A stretch of DNA of 64,000 nt from Longimicrobiales bacterium (GTDB lineage: Bacteria > Gemmatimonadota > Gemmatimonadetes > Longimicrobiales > Gaopeijiaceae): assembly GCA_965202985.1 (NCBI GenBank), contig CBDBCF010000002.1, forward strand, positions 384,001-448,000, in the 5' to 3' direction. Made by a program: the position numbers and the translations under genes. Shown one piece after another: positions 39,145 to 48,373 of this stretch (position 1 is the stretch's first letter; each line of letters starts with the position of its first letter). Under the pieces are notes generated by a model, which had not been told where the DNA came from, did not search any database, and saw only the letters and a program-made list of their open reading frames with translations.

Positions 39145-41668
39145 CCGTCACTTCGACTTCGATGCCGTGGCCAGAACCGTCGGACTCGAAGTCGAAGAAC
39201 GCAATCCCGGCGGGCGCAAGCTCCTGTTCGTGCACCGCGTTCTGGAACGCCGAGGGCGACGGGCCGGTCACGGGCCAGGGATAGAGGCCGTCGGGCCGTG
39301 CTGCGGAGCTGCGATGGTAGAGATCGTAGGTCGCGGACCGAAAGTCGTACGTTCGGAAGGCGCGGGGTGGTTGGGGCGCACCGGTTCCGCTGAACATCAT
39401 GGCGACGGCGTATTCTTCCAGCAGCACGGCCATGCGTGACCCGACGACCTGCTCGATCCCCCGCGTGCCTGCAGGCGTAAGCGAGTCGTTCAGCTCGGCG
39501 AAGATGCGGGCCTCGGCCTTCTCCGCCGCTCCTCCGTAGGCGTCGCCCAGGAACCGGTGGAAGTGCCAAGAGGTGCCGTAGTACAGGTGGTGGTCGCCGG
39601 GGTTGGTGGTCAACGAGTTCGGTCCGCCGGCGTAGGACCGCAACATCCGGTCCAAGCGCAACAGCACGCCGTAGTTTTCGGGCGAGGCGATGGAGCCGTC
39701 CCGCGGCGGATAGGAGTCGCGAGTGAACGTCGCTCCTACCGCCACGCCGCCCGTGGCCTCGATCGCCTTCCGCGACGAGATCTCGGCAGCGATCTCGGCC
39801 CCTCCTTCCTCGATCCACGAAGGATGGAAGCTGCCGCCCCACCACCGCTTGTACAGGGAACTCACGTGCTTGACCTCGTGCACCATGGTCGGCAGCGCCT
39901 GGTAGCCTCCGGCGGGCGCGCTCAGGGCCTGGAACATGCCGCTGTGGAAGTACACGAGCTCCATTTCGTTGGACCACGGGCAGTTGCTCCGGGTGGTCAT
40001 GTCCCCCGCCCACACGAACGCGGCACTCCCGTCTTCCACGGCGGGCGACACGACCACGTTCACCCGCCCGTTGTCGTCCACGTCCGACACGCCGCCGAAG
40101 TACTCCGCGATCGTCTCGGCCCCGTAGGCGTCGTAGTAGTCCAGCACTTGCTGAGTCGCGGCCGTCTCCACCGGTTCGCTCGCGCGTTGGACCGAGTCCT
40201 GGTAGATCGCCAAGTGGGCGTTGTAGCCCAGCAGCAAGGCGGGTTCCGGTTCCGGGGCGGGGTACTGGCACGCTTCGCTGGCGCGCTGGGTGTCGTACGG
40301 GCGAATCGAGATGCGGCCCGGCGGGGCGGTCTGCTGTGCCAGGGTGCCGCTGGGGCGTGTGCGGTGCCCGCCAAGGTCGGGCAGCAGGGCGTCCTTTCCA
40401 AGGCGCTGGTAGAGTTCCCGGGTTTGGGCGAGCAGCCGTCCGTGAAGGCGGGAAGTTGCGTCGGCGCGCTCGGCGGCTTCGGCCAAGCCCGGCGGAAGTT
40501 GAACCGCGACCCTCTGCGACTCGCCCGCGGCCGTCGGTCGGAGCGACGAGCGCCCCCCGGCCCGGGCGTCCGCACCGGCGTCGGGCGCCTCGTCGCCGTG
40601 CTCGCGAACGGTCACCACGACCGGGACGAAGGTCAGGTTCGTGGAGAAACCGGAGCGGACCACCGCCACCCGGTAGAGGCTTCCGGCGTCGTCGGCCGGC
40701 AAGAAGGGGGGACAGCCGTCGGCGCCGACCGGACCGTCCGATGCCGTGGCGCCCGGTTCCATGCGCAGCGCCGGGCCGCACACGAGCAGGTGGACTTCCC
40801 GGCTCGACCGGGCGCCCGCCGAGTCGCGAGCGCTGACGGTGAAGGCGGTCGCGCCCTCCTCGACGGCTTCGCCCGACACGACCCCGTGCGCCTCCAGGAC
40901 CAGTCCGCGGGGAAGGGAACCACCGGACACGGACCACTCCACCGGTCCCTGGGCGTGCCTCGCCTCCAGCGTTTCGCGGTACGGCACGTCGACCCGGGCG
41001 CGGGGAAGCCGGGAGGTGGCGACCACAAGCTCGGCCGTGGCGGTGGCGACGAACTCTGCTTGGAGGTCACCGGAGGCCGCGTGGAGCCGGTTGACGCCCG
41101 GTGCTTCTCCCAGCGTCCAGCGCGTGAAGGCCTCGCCTTCGGAGTTGGTGCGGGCCTGCTCAGCCGAAACCGTGCCGCCGCCGGCCGCGACGCGGAACGT
41201 CACCGGGGCGTTTGGTACCGGCGCGCCGCTTGCGTCTGCGACCCGAACCCTGGGGTCTTCGGGAAGGACCGACAGGACCGCGGCGGACAGAGAGTCGCCG
41301 GCCACCTTTCGCATGTCGGCGGGGCGAAGCACGACGGCCAGGGAGGCCGTGCCCGACACCGCTTGGTGCGTCGCCCGGATCACGGCCGTCCCCGGGCCGG
41401 CGACGGTCGCCAGCCCCGTTGGCGACACGGTGGCAACCTCCGGCCTGGCCGACGACCACGCGACCTCCGCGCCTAGGATCGTCGCGCCCTGGGGGTCCTG
41501 CACATGAGCGGAGAACTGCACCGTGGTCCCGACGGTCTCGGCGGTGGCGCTGGCGGGCGTCACGACCACTCGCGACGGGACGGGCGGGGCCGCGTCGCCG
41601 CAGGCGGTCACGGCCAGCGCAACGGTTGCGGCGGCCCAGCCTAGGGAGCGGGGACCGGTTCGGGTCAT
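39098..41668 (-). CDS. Lipoprotein with Ig-like domains and C-terminal zinc metallopeptidase domain
   Basis: Lipobox VTAC, Big_2/Big_1/He_PIG-like segments (WSVSGGSLPRGLVL), HEVKH...WIEEGGAE. Confidence 0.8.
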   Translation of the reverse strand: MTRTGPRSLGWAAATVALAVTACGDAAPPVPSRVVVTPASATAETVGTTVQFSAHVQDPQGATILGAEVAWSSARPEVATVSPTGLATVAGPGTAVIRATHQAVSGTASLAVVLRPADMRKVAGDSLSAAVLSVLPEDPRVRVADASGAPVPNAPVTFRVAAGGGTVSAEQARTNSEGEAFTRWTLGEAPGVNRLHAASGDLQAEFVATATAELVVATSRLPRARVDVPYRETLEARHAQGPVEWSVSGGSLPRGLVLEAHGVVSGEAVEEGATAFTVSARDSAGARSSREVHLLVCGPALRMEPGATASDGPVGADGCPPFLPADDAGSLYRVAVVRSGFSTNLTFVPVVVTVREHGDEAPDAGADARAGGRSSLRPTAAGESQRVAVQLPPGLAEAAERADATSRLHGRLLAQTRELYQRLGKDALLPDLGGHRTRPSGTLAQQTAPPGRISIRPYDTQRASEACQYPAPEPEPALLLGYNAHLAIYQDSVQRASEPVETAATQQVLDYYDAYGAETIAEYFGGVSDVDDNGRVNVVVSPAVEDGSAAFVWAGDMTTRSNCPWSNEMELVYFHSGMFQALSAPAGGYQALPTMVHEVKHVSSLYKRWWGGSFHPSWIEEGGAEIAAEISSRKAIEATGGVAVGATFTRDSYPPRDGSIASPENYGVLLRLDRMLRSYAGGPNSLTTNPGDHHLYYGTSWHFHRFLGDAYGGAAEKAEARIFAELNDSLTPAGTRGIEQVVGSRMAVLLEEYAVAMMFSGTGAPQPPRAFRTYDFRSATYDLYHRSSAARPDGLYPWPVTGPSPSAFQNAVHEQELAPAGIAFFDFESDGSGHGIEVEVTVSGTGALRVLVARLR

Positions 41669-41677
41669 GGAACGGCT

Positions 41678-43525
41678 TTAGTAGGCGAGAGCATAGGCCT
41701 CTCTCCGGGGATCGGCAGCGGCCACCAGCGTCCCGTTCTCGTGATCCACCACGATCATCTGGGCGCCGCCGAAGGTCGCGGTCCAGCCGTGCACCACGCG
41801 AACTTCGTGGCCTAGCGCCGCCAAGGCGTTCAGCACGTCTTGGGAAATGCGGTCCTCCACGTCCACCACCGTGCCGGGGTAGCTGCGGAACCTAGGTGCC
41901 TCCAACGCGGCCTGGGGCGTCATGCCGAAGAGCGCGCCGTTGTTCATGATCTGCATGAGCGACTGGACTTGGCTGTCGCCGCCGGGCGTGCCCAAGGTGA
42001 ACGCCAGGGCGCCGTCGGGCGTGGTGGCCAGGAGCGGCGTCAGGGTATGGTAGGGCCGCTTGCCGGGGGCGACCTGGTTGGGATGCCCGGCCTCCAAAGT
42101 GTGGAGCGAGCCCCGGTTGTGGAGCAGCACCCCGGTCTCCGGCTCCAAGAGGCCGGACCCGAAGCCGTGGAACAGGCTCTGAATCCACGACACCGCGTTG
42201 CCCCACTGGTCGACGGCGGTCAGGTAGACGGTGTCGCCCGCGTCGCGTGGCCCGAGGGCCGGATCGCCGGCGTCGCTGGCGTTGCCTGCGTGGGGCGACG
42301 AGTCCGTGTTGCCGGTGTCGAGGGCGTCGGGCGCGTCGGCCCCGCCCGGAGCGGGAATCCCCGGGGCCACGGCCTCCGCTGCCGCCCTTGGATCGAACCG
42401 TTCGGCTCGCGCCGCCAAGTAATCCGGGTCCAGCAGCTCTTCGATCGGGATGTCCGCGAAGTCGGGGTCGGCGGCCCACTGGTCTCGGTCCGCGAACGCC
42501 AGCTTCTTGAGCTCGATCAGCGTGTGCAGGTACGCCGCCGTGTTGTGTCCCATCTCCTGCAACGGATGCCGGGCGGCCATCTGCGCCAGGGCGAGCTGGG
42601 CGATCCCCTGCGTGTTGGGCGGCAGCACGTGAAGACGCGCGCCCAGGTACTCGGCCGACAGCGGCTCGACCCACGTGGACGTGTGGGCCGCGAAGTCGTC
42701 CAGCACCAGGGCGCCGCCGACGGAGTCCAGGAAGGTCGTCAGGCGCTCCGCGACCGCGCCCCGATAGAACGCCTCCTTGCCCCCGCGAGCGATGGAGCGC
42801 AGCGTGGCCGCCAGCGCCGGGTTGCGGAGCAGGGAACCCGCGGGAGGTGCGCCGCCTTCCGGCAGATAGAGGGCCCGTCCCGGTGCGTTGAGGGCCGACC
42901 CCTGCGCCTCGAAGTCGGACGCAAGCCGCGTGGACACGGGAAACCCGTCTTCCGCGTAGTGGACGGCGGGGGCCAGGAGCTGCTCGAAGGGCAGGGACCC
43001 GAAGCGGGCGTGGGCGTCTTCCCAAGCGGCCGGCGCGCCGGGCACGGAAACGGACAGCGGACCGGTCTCGGGAACGGCTTCGTGCCCCAGTTCCCGGAAG
43101 AACTCCGGCGACGCCTTGGTGCCGGCCCGCCCGCTCCCGTTCAGCGCGTGGACCGCTCCCGTCCGGGCTTCGTAGAAGAGGCCGAAGGCGTCTCCCCCCA
43201 CGCCGTTCATGTGGGGGCGGACCACCGCCAGCACACCGGCCATCGCCACCACCGCGTCCGTCGCGTTGCCGCCGCGTCGCAGCACGTCCAGGCCCGCCGC
43301 CGCCGCCAACGGATGGCCCGCTGAAACGGCGCCCCGGACGCCGCGCACCTCCGGCCGGTTGGTCGAGGGCAGCAGGGCGGCCGTCCCGGCCACGCCGGCT
43401 TGGTCGCGGGCCGTCGTCCCGTCGTCGCCGCCGGAGCCCGATCCCGAACAAGCGGCAAGGGCAAGGGCCGCGGCGAACTGAAATGCCGCAAGCAGCGGTC
43501 CGATCTCCGCCTTGGTTCGTCTCAT
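41678..43525 (-). CDS. ggt: Gamma-glutamyltransferase family lipoprotein
   Basis: GGNATDA, GVGGDAF, PPNTQG, DTVYLTAVD (nucleophile Thr), PGKRPYHT, GTPGG, DPRR. Lipobox LAAC after ATG 43525. Confidence 0.93.
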   Translation of the reverse strand: MRRTKAEIGPLLAAFQFAAALALAACSGSGSGGDDGTTARDQAGVAGTAALLPSTNRPEVRGVRGAVSAGHPLAAAAGLDVLRRGGNATDAVVAMAGVLAVVRPHMNGVGGDAFGLFYEARTGAVHALNGSGRAGTKASPEFFRELGHEAVPETGPLSVSVPGAPAAWEDAHARFGSLPFEQLLAPAVHYAEDGFPVSTRLASDFEAQGSALNAPGRALYLPEGGAPPAGSLLRNPALAATLRSIARGGKEAFYRGAVAERLTTFLDSVGGALVLDDFAAHTSTWVEPLSAEYLGARLHVLPPNTQGIAQLALAQMAARHPLQEMGHNTAAYLHTLIELKKLAFADRDQWAADPDFADIPIEELLDPDYLAARAERFDPRAAAEAVAPGIPAPGGADAPDALDTGNTDSSPHAGNASDAGDPALGPRDAGDTVYLTAVDQWGNAVSWIQSLFHGFGSGLLEPETGVLLHNRGSLHTLEAGHPNQVAPGKRPYHTLTPLLATTPDGALAFTLGTPGGDSQVQSLMQIMNNGALFGMTPQAALEAPRFRSYPGTVVDVEDRISQDVLNALAALGHEVRVVHGWTATFGGAQMIVVDHENGTLVAAADPRREAYALAY

Positions 43526-43740
43526 CGACTTCGCCTTTCCACGCAGGTTACGCGGTAGCCCTCCACCCACTCCTCGCCCAGGGCGTTCGTCACCGGCTTG
43601 GCCGTCCCGCAGGTCGGTCATGTCTAATCTCGCGGAAAAGTTGGCCTCGGCCACGAGGGTGTCGCGGGGCCGAATCGCCTTCCATAGGCGGGAAAACCGT
43701 TGCGGGTTCAGATAGCCGCCGCTGGCCACGGCCTTGATGT
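43522..43740 (-). pseudogene. Decayed 3' remnant of the beta-propeller gene at 47166-48354
   Basis: Aligns with 47166-47420 (shared tagccctccacccactcctcgcccaggg, gcaggtcggtcat, aagttggcctcggccacga), with indels. Confidence 0.85.
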
Positions 43741-43762
43741 CCAGCTTTGAACGGGGCCGAGG

Positions 43763-45079
43763 CTATGTGGTTCGAACCCGTGGGGTCCCGACATTGGCGT
43801 TCCAAGCGTCAGCCACGGCCTCCATCAGTGTGGCCAGTCTTGGCCAGTCTGTAGTGTGCACTGCGGCCCGGAAGCCCTCGTTCTCCCGCGTCACCATGCC
43901 GCAACAGAAGCGCCACGGTCCCGCGTCGGGGTCTGGAATCGACCACTCTCTCCGAGGCGGGGGCGGGTAAGCGTGCCCAACCAGCATGTCATACCTGTGG
44001 AAGTCGCTCACCACCACTTCCTGCCGAGCAATTACGTCCCCCAACACGACGTACTTCTCCGTACTTGGGCGTCTCACGGCCAAGTCGACGTAGGCCCCGC
44101 CGTTGAAGGCTTCAAGGAATTCTCGAATCGGACGTTCCTCCCCATGCCTGATCGAGGTCGTGTCGAGGTCGTCGCTTGGCCTCGACCACACCCAAGGGTC
44201 CCACCATCCCATTTCACCCAAGTACACGGACACCGGAGACTCATATATGTTCCCTAAGAAGCCACGCGCTCCGGCGGCCCGTAGCACGTCGGCCACTTCG
44301 TCGGCGGACTTACAGGCTTCGAGCGTGCTCCACCCCTCTGAGTTAACGAGGCGGAGGCCCCCCTTCCCAGATCTTACCAGTTGAGACACGGTCCGGGCCA
44401 CGGGGGTCCCGACATGGGTGTTCCAAGCATTGGCCACGCCCTCCAACAGCTCGCCCAGTTCGCCCAGTTTTCGCCAGCCGGTGTCGCGCATCGCGGCACG
44501 GAAGCCATCGTTCTCCGGTGCCACTGTTCCGCAATGGAAATCCCATAGGTCACCAGACTCGTCCTTCGGATACTGAACTGGAATCGACCACCCGCTAATG
44601 CTACGTGTCGAGGGCCAACCCGGGTAGGCGTGCCCCACCAGCGTGTTGCCCACCAGCACCTCCTGCCTGGCGGTTACCCTCCCAAGGTGTAGCCACTTTA
44701 CCTCCTTGCTTCGGGAGCGTTTCAGAGCCAGGTCGACGTAAGCCCCGCCGTTGAAGGCTTCGATGAACTCCCGGACCGGACGCGGGGTCTCGCACCAGAT
44801 ATCGACCTTGTCGTCGTGGTCGGATCGGACAAACAACCTCGACCAATCCCAATGGACGTCGGCGGAACCATCCTGCCACCGTCCAATCCCATCCATTAGG
44901 TACACTTCCACAGGGTTTTCTCGGATGCCACGTCCTTCTCGGATGCCACGTGCTCCGACGGCCCGAAGCACATCGGCCACTTGTTCCGCGGATTCGCAGG
45001 CCTCGAGTGTGGACCAGCGACCAAGGACCGTCGTAGACAGGCTGGCAGGCACAGCTCTTGTCTCCTTACTTGCTTCCAT
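43763..45079 (-). CDS. Orphan protein made of two tandem ~190-210 aa repeats
   Basis: WSTLEAC..A..VADVLRA.GARG, EAFNGGAYVDLA, LVGHAYP and AWN..VGTP each occur twice. GGAGG upstream of ATG. Confidence 0.75.
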   Translation of the reverse strand: MEASKETRAVPASLSTTVLGRWSTLEACESAEQVADVLRAVGARGIREGRGIRENPVEVYLMDGIGRWQDGSADVHWDWSRLFVRSDHDDKVDIWCETPRPVREFIEAFNGGAYVDLALKRSRSKEVKWLHLGRVTARQEVLVGNTLVGHAYPGWPSTRSISGWSIPVQYPKDESGDLWDFHCGTVAPENDGFRAAMRDTGWRKLGELGELLEGVANAWNTHVGTPVARTVSQLVRSGKGGLRLVNSEGWSTLEACKSADEVADVLRAAGARGFLGNIYESPVSVYLGEMGWWDPWVWSRPSDDLDTTSIRHGEERPIREFLEAFNGGAYVDLAVRRPSTEKYVVLGDVIARQEVVVSDFHRYDMLVGHAYPPPPRREWSIPDPDAGPWRFCCGMVTRENEGFRAAVHTTDWPRLATLMEAVADAWNANVGTPRVRTT

Positions 45080-45194
45080 CGCCGCTATTCCTCCCGAGCC
45101 CTACCCTAATGGCCCCTGGGCCATCGCCCCCTTGGCTTGGCCCATTCACCGTCTACACAAGTTGCGACCTAATCCCTATGGACGCAACCGAAGG

Positions 45195-45248
45195 TGTCGA
45201 ACGACAACCAAAGTGAGACGGGAGCGACAAGCACGATGAGACCGTCGG
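45195..45248 (+). repeat. TGT-N4 + two 18-bp direct repeats (23-bp period), copy 1; resembles an IS21-family end
   Basis: tgtcgaa-CGACAAcCAaagTGAGAC-gggag-CGACAAgCAcgaTGAGAC-cgtcgg. Confidence 0.6.
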
Positions 45249-45302
45249 AGGCAGCCGTGGGCCGAGGTTGACTGGCATGACTTCGGGGGCTACCATGCGT
45301 TC

Positions 45303-46026
45303 ATGTCCAGCTACCGCAAGCCGTCCGGCCGCCCGGCCAAGCCGGTGAGTCCCGTGGACCAGGAAAAAGACGCATTCGTCGCCACCACGCTTCAGGCCAC
45401 GCGGTGGGCCCGGCGGCACCGGCCGATCCTGACGCTCGGGATCGTCTTGGCGACGGTGATCGTGGCGGGAATCGTGTACTACGTGCGCTACCAGAACACG
45501 CTGAACAGCGGACGGCGCTCCAGTTGGAGGAAATCCAGCAGCGGCTCGACACGGGGGATCAGACAGGGGCGCAGGCCGACTTGGGGCTGTTCTTGGAGTG
45601 CTTCGACGGTACGCCGTCCGCCGACGAGGCTCGGATTGCCGTTGCCCAGATCAGCAACGGGACAGGGGAGCTCGGAGCGACGGCCGCAATCTTGGAGCCG
45701 CTGGCACGGGACATGGGCAGCCCGCTGGGCCCCAGGCCGCGGGCCTTTCTGGCGGTGATCTTCTCGGAGGACGCGGGCAACCTGGAGACGGCGGAGGGGC
45801 TTACCTGCGCCTGGCCGACCATCCCGTTTGGGCTTTCGGGTGAGAGACGCCCTGGCCGCGGCGGCCCGCAGTCGCTGGGAATCGGGCGACGCCGCGGGCG
45901 CCATGGAGCTGTACGACCGGATCTTGAGCCGAATGGACGAGATGCGATCTGAACCGAGGCTTGGCGGAGATGCGGCGGGCCGAAGCGAATGTGATTGCGT
46001 TGTGGACCGCGTCGGAGCTTCCCTAG
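45303..46026 (+). pseudogene. Frameshifted duplicate of the YfgM-like TPR gene at 49729-50448
   Basis: Near-identical start and promoter, 1-nt deletion near 45512, further indels near 45800-45820, homologous through the stop codon. Confidence 0.9.
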
Positions 46027-46036
46027 CCGTAGCGCC

Positions 46037-46957
46037 ATGAAAGGGAAGTTGGGAGGGCAAGCCCCTGACCCCGTCGGAACTGCTCGGCGAATCGTTGCTC
46101 TGGACCAAGCCCGAGAAGCATTGCTTGCATCACAGACTTACTGGCGCGAGAAGGCTGAGGCTGAGAGGGAGAGCGCATGGCGTCGCGACTTCGGGGACAA
46201 GCGACTCTGGGAGTACCAAGCCCAGAGCTATTGTTTTGCCGCTGCCGCGGAGCGCCTGAAGAGCAACATGGAGATGTTCGCCCGCCGCCTCCATCACGAG
46301 ATCCGTGAATTCCTTAATCCATATCTCCGGCGCTTTGGCTCCGACTTCCGGCCCAACGCCGATGATGTCGCAGCAGCCCTCGAAGTCGCGGGTGGCGACC
46401 GGGCCGTGGCCGCCCGACACCTCCGGATTGCTGCCCTTGGAAGTCGAGGGTACCGTGCTAGTCTTGAAGTTAGTGCCGATGTTGTGCTCCACACGAGTCG
46501 CCACGAAGCCTCGGACCCTGCGGAAACACCCTCACGACTCGCCTGGCTATGGAGGCAAGCCCGAAAGGCCTTATTCGAGCTTATAACCGCCTTTCAGGGG
46601 TTCCTGTACATCTTTACCCCAAGATTCGTCAAGAACCCGCTGTACGACTGGGCCCTGCGCCCTCTGCCCCCAAGATTCCGCCGGCTTCGAGGACTCGTCC
46701 AGCTATGGACGCCAAACAACGGGCGTCATTGGCGGTGGTATTTTGTAATATTCCGCCGTCGCAACCCCGACCCAATCGAAACGGCAACTCGGTGGATCAC
46801 CGTCCTGGGTCAAGCCCGAGAAGCCTTGCTCAATGTCGTCACAGGCGCCGATACCAACGAGGCTAGGACGTTAAAGGAAGATCTAGCAGAAGAGCTAGCA
46901 GAAACCATGATGTTGCTCGCTTATCACATCAGTGCCGAATTGGACACGGCCTACTAG
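46037..46957 (+). CDS. Orphan hypothetical protein with internal repeats
   Basis: 306-aa ORF, visibly less GC-rich than core genes. PDP..TA...L.QAREALL occurs twice. Confidence 0.62.
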   Translation: MKGKLGGQAPDPVGTARRIVALDQAREALLASQTYWREKAEAERESAWRRDFGDKRLWEYQAQSYCFAAAAERLKSNMEMFARRLHHEIREFLNPYLRRFGSDFRPNADDVAAALEVAGGDRAVAARHLRIAALGSRGYRASLEVSADVVLHTSRHEASDPAETPSRLAWLWRQARKALFELITAFQGFLYIFTPRFVKNPLYDWALRPLPPRFRRLRGLVQLWTPNNGRHWRWYFVIFRRRNPDPIETATRWITVLGQAREALLNVVTGADTNEARTLKEDLAEELAETMMLLAYHISAELDTAY

Positions 46958-47024
46958 TCGACTACCACGCGACCTCCACGCTTGCGACTGTCACGCCCTG
47001 GGCGTCCTGCACTATGGTCCCGAC

Positions 47025-47078
47025 TGTAGAGCGACAATCAGAATGAGACCCTGGCGACAATCAAGATGAGACTGTCGG
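47025..47078 (+). repeat. TGT-N4 + two 18-bp direct repeats (23-bp period), copy 2
   Basis: tgtagag-CGACAAtCAgaaTGAGAC-cctgg-CGACAAtCAagaTGAGAC-tgtcgg. Confidence 0.6.
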
Positions 47079-47169
47079 GATCGGAACTCAATCCCAAACG
47101 AGCGGCAAGGGCCGGATGCACGGAAGCACCGCAAGCAAGCAGCCCGGTCCTCGCCTCGGTTCGTCTCAT
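47079..47169 (-). pseudogene. Decayed duplicate of the ggt 5' end
   Basis: MRRTEARTG vs ggt MRRTKAEIG. Shared ggttcgtctcatcgacttcgc and agcggcaagggc. Confidence 0.75.
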
Positions 47170-48354
47170 CGACTTCGCTCTTCCACGTCGCAGGTTACCC
47201 GATAGCCCTCCACCCACTCCTCGCCCAGGGTGTTCGTGACAGTCCCAACGGCCCGGTCGTCCCCGCAGGTCGGTCATATCGAAGTCTCGCGGAAAGTTGG
47301 CCTCGGCCACGATGGTGCCCCCGGGGCCGATCGCCTTCCAACGGCGGGAGGGCCGCCGTGGGTCCGGGTAGTCGCCCAGCCACAGCCAACCGTTCTCGGC
47401 CGCCACCAAGCCCTGATAGGGCGGGAGGGTGGCGGGGCGCCCGGCGATCTCGACGGAAGCCTCGACGATGTCGGGTCGCCCGGTCTCTTCGCTCCGGACT
47501 GCCATGATCTCGTCCACGTCGTCGTCCGTCAGAACCGAAGGCTCTGCTCCACGACGAAAGGTCCTCCTGCGCCCTGCGCTGTCCAGGGCCGCCAAGTCCG
47601 GCTTGCCGCCCGTCCCGACGACGACAAACGAGTCCGTGGTCGCCAAGACGCTCGCCAAAGGCAGCAAGGGCCTCACGAACTTGGGGCCGCGGCCAACGTG
47701 AATGTGCGTCCCCGAGGGAATCACGCCGATCTTGCGAACGAACGCACCTTCGTCGTCAAAGAAGAGCAGGGGAAGGTCCGGGCGGAACGCGCCGGGTCGA
47801 AAGCCGTCGAGCGACGTGACCATCCCGCCCACTCCGACGATCCCGCCCGGGCCGGGCAGTGCGCCTCCAACGTATGGTGCGAAGTCCCCTCCGCCGCGCA
47901 GCCGAACCAAGCGACCGACCCACGGCTCGTCGGCCCCGAGCACCGTAACTCGCTGAAGGCCGGAATCGTACACGAACAGCGAGTCGCCCTTGATCCGTGT
48001 CATGTCGGTGGGCCTGACGTACTCGCCCGGTCCCTCGCCTCCGCGAGCCTCGTAGACGGTGTGGCCGTTTCCGTCGAAGTACCTCAGGGCCGGCGGATCC
48101 CTTTCGACGACTGCCACGTAGGCGCCCACCTGGGACACGCCGGCGATCCGAAAGAACGGTTCTCCGCCGGAAGCGATGCCCTCCGGTCCTACGCTGTCCC
48201 AGGCGAACAGCTTCTCGACGTCGCACGACGAATCCTGTGCTGGCCCGTGCTCGTCCTCATGTTCCACGCCGCCACAGGTTGCCAGCAAGCCGCCGATTCC
48301 GCAGATGCACGCGGCCAGCGACGCCCTTCCGAGTACTGGCAATGCAAGGGCCAT
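47166..48354 (-). CDS. 6-bladed beta-propeller-type lipoprotein with an apparent +1 frameshift near its 3' end
   Basis: Lipobox LATC, GGEGPGEY, DSLFVYDSGLQRVTV, GWLWLGDY. The plausible final blade DRAVGTVTNTLGEEWVEGYRV lies in another frame after the C4 run at 47261-47264. Confidence 0.75.
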
Positions 48355-48373
48355 CGGAAAGCCGTGGCCCACC

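Noticed and set aside
43526..43729. N-terminal extension of ggt in the ORF track
   Set aside because: It is the decayed propeller remnant. The signal peptide and lipobox begin at ATG 43525.
45195..47078. CRISPR or integron attC interpretation of the 18-bp repeats
   Set aside because: Only two pairs with 5-nt spacers, no cas or intI gene, and no attC-type inverted structure seen.
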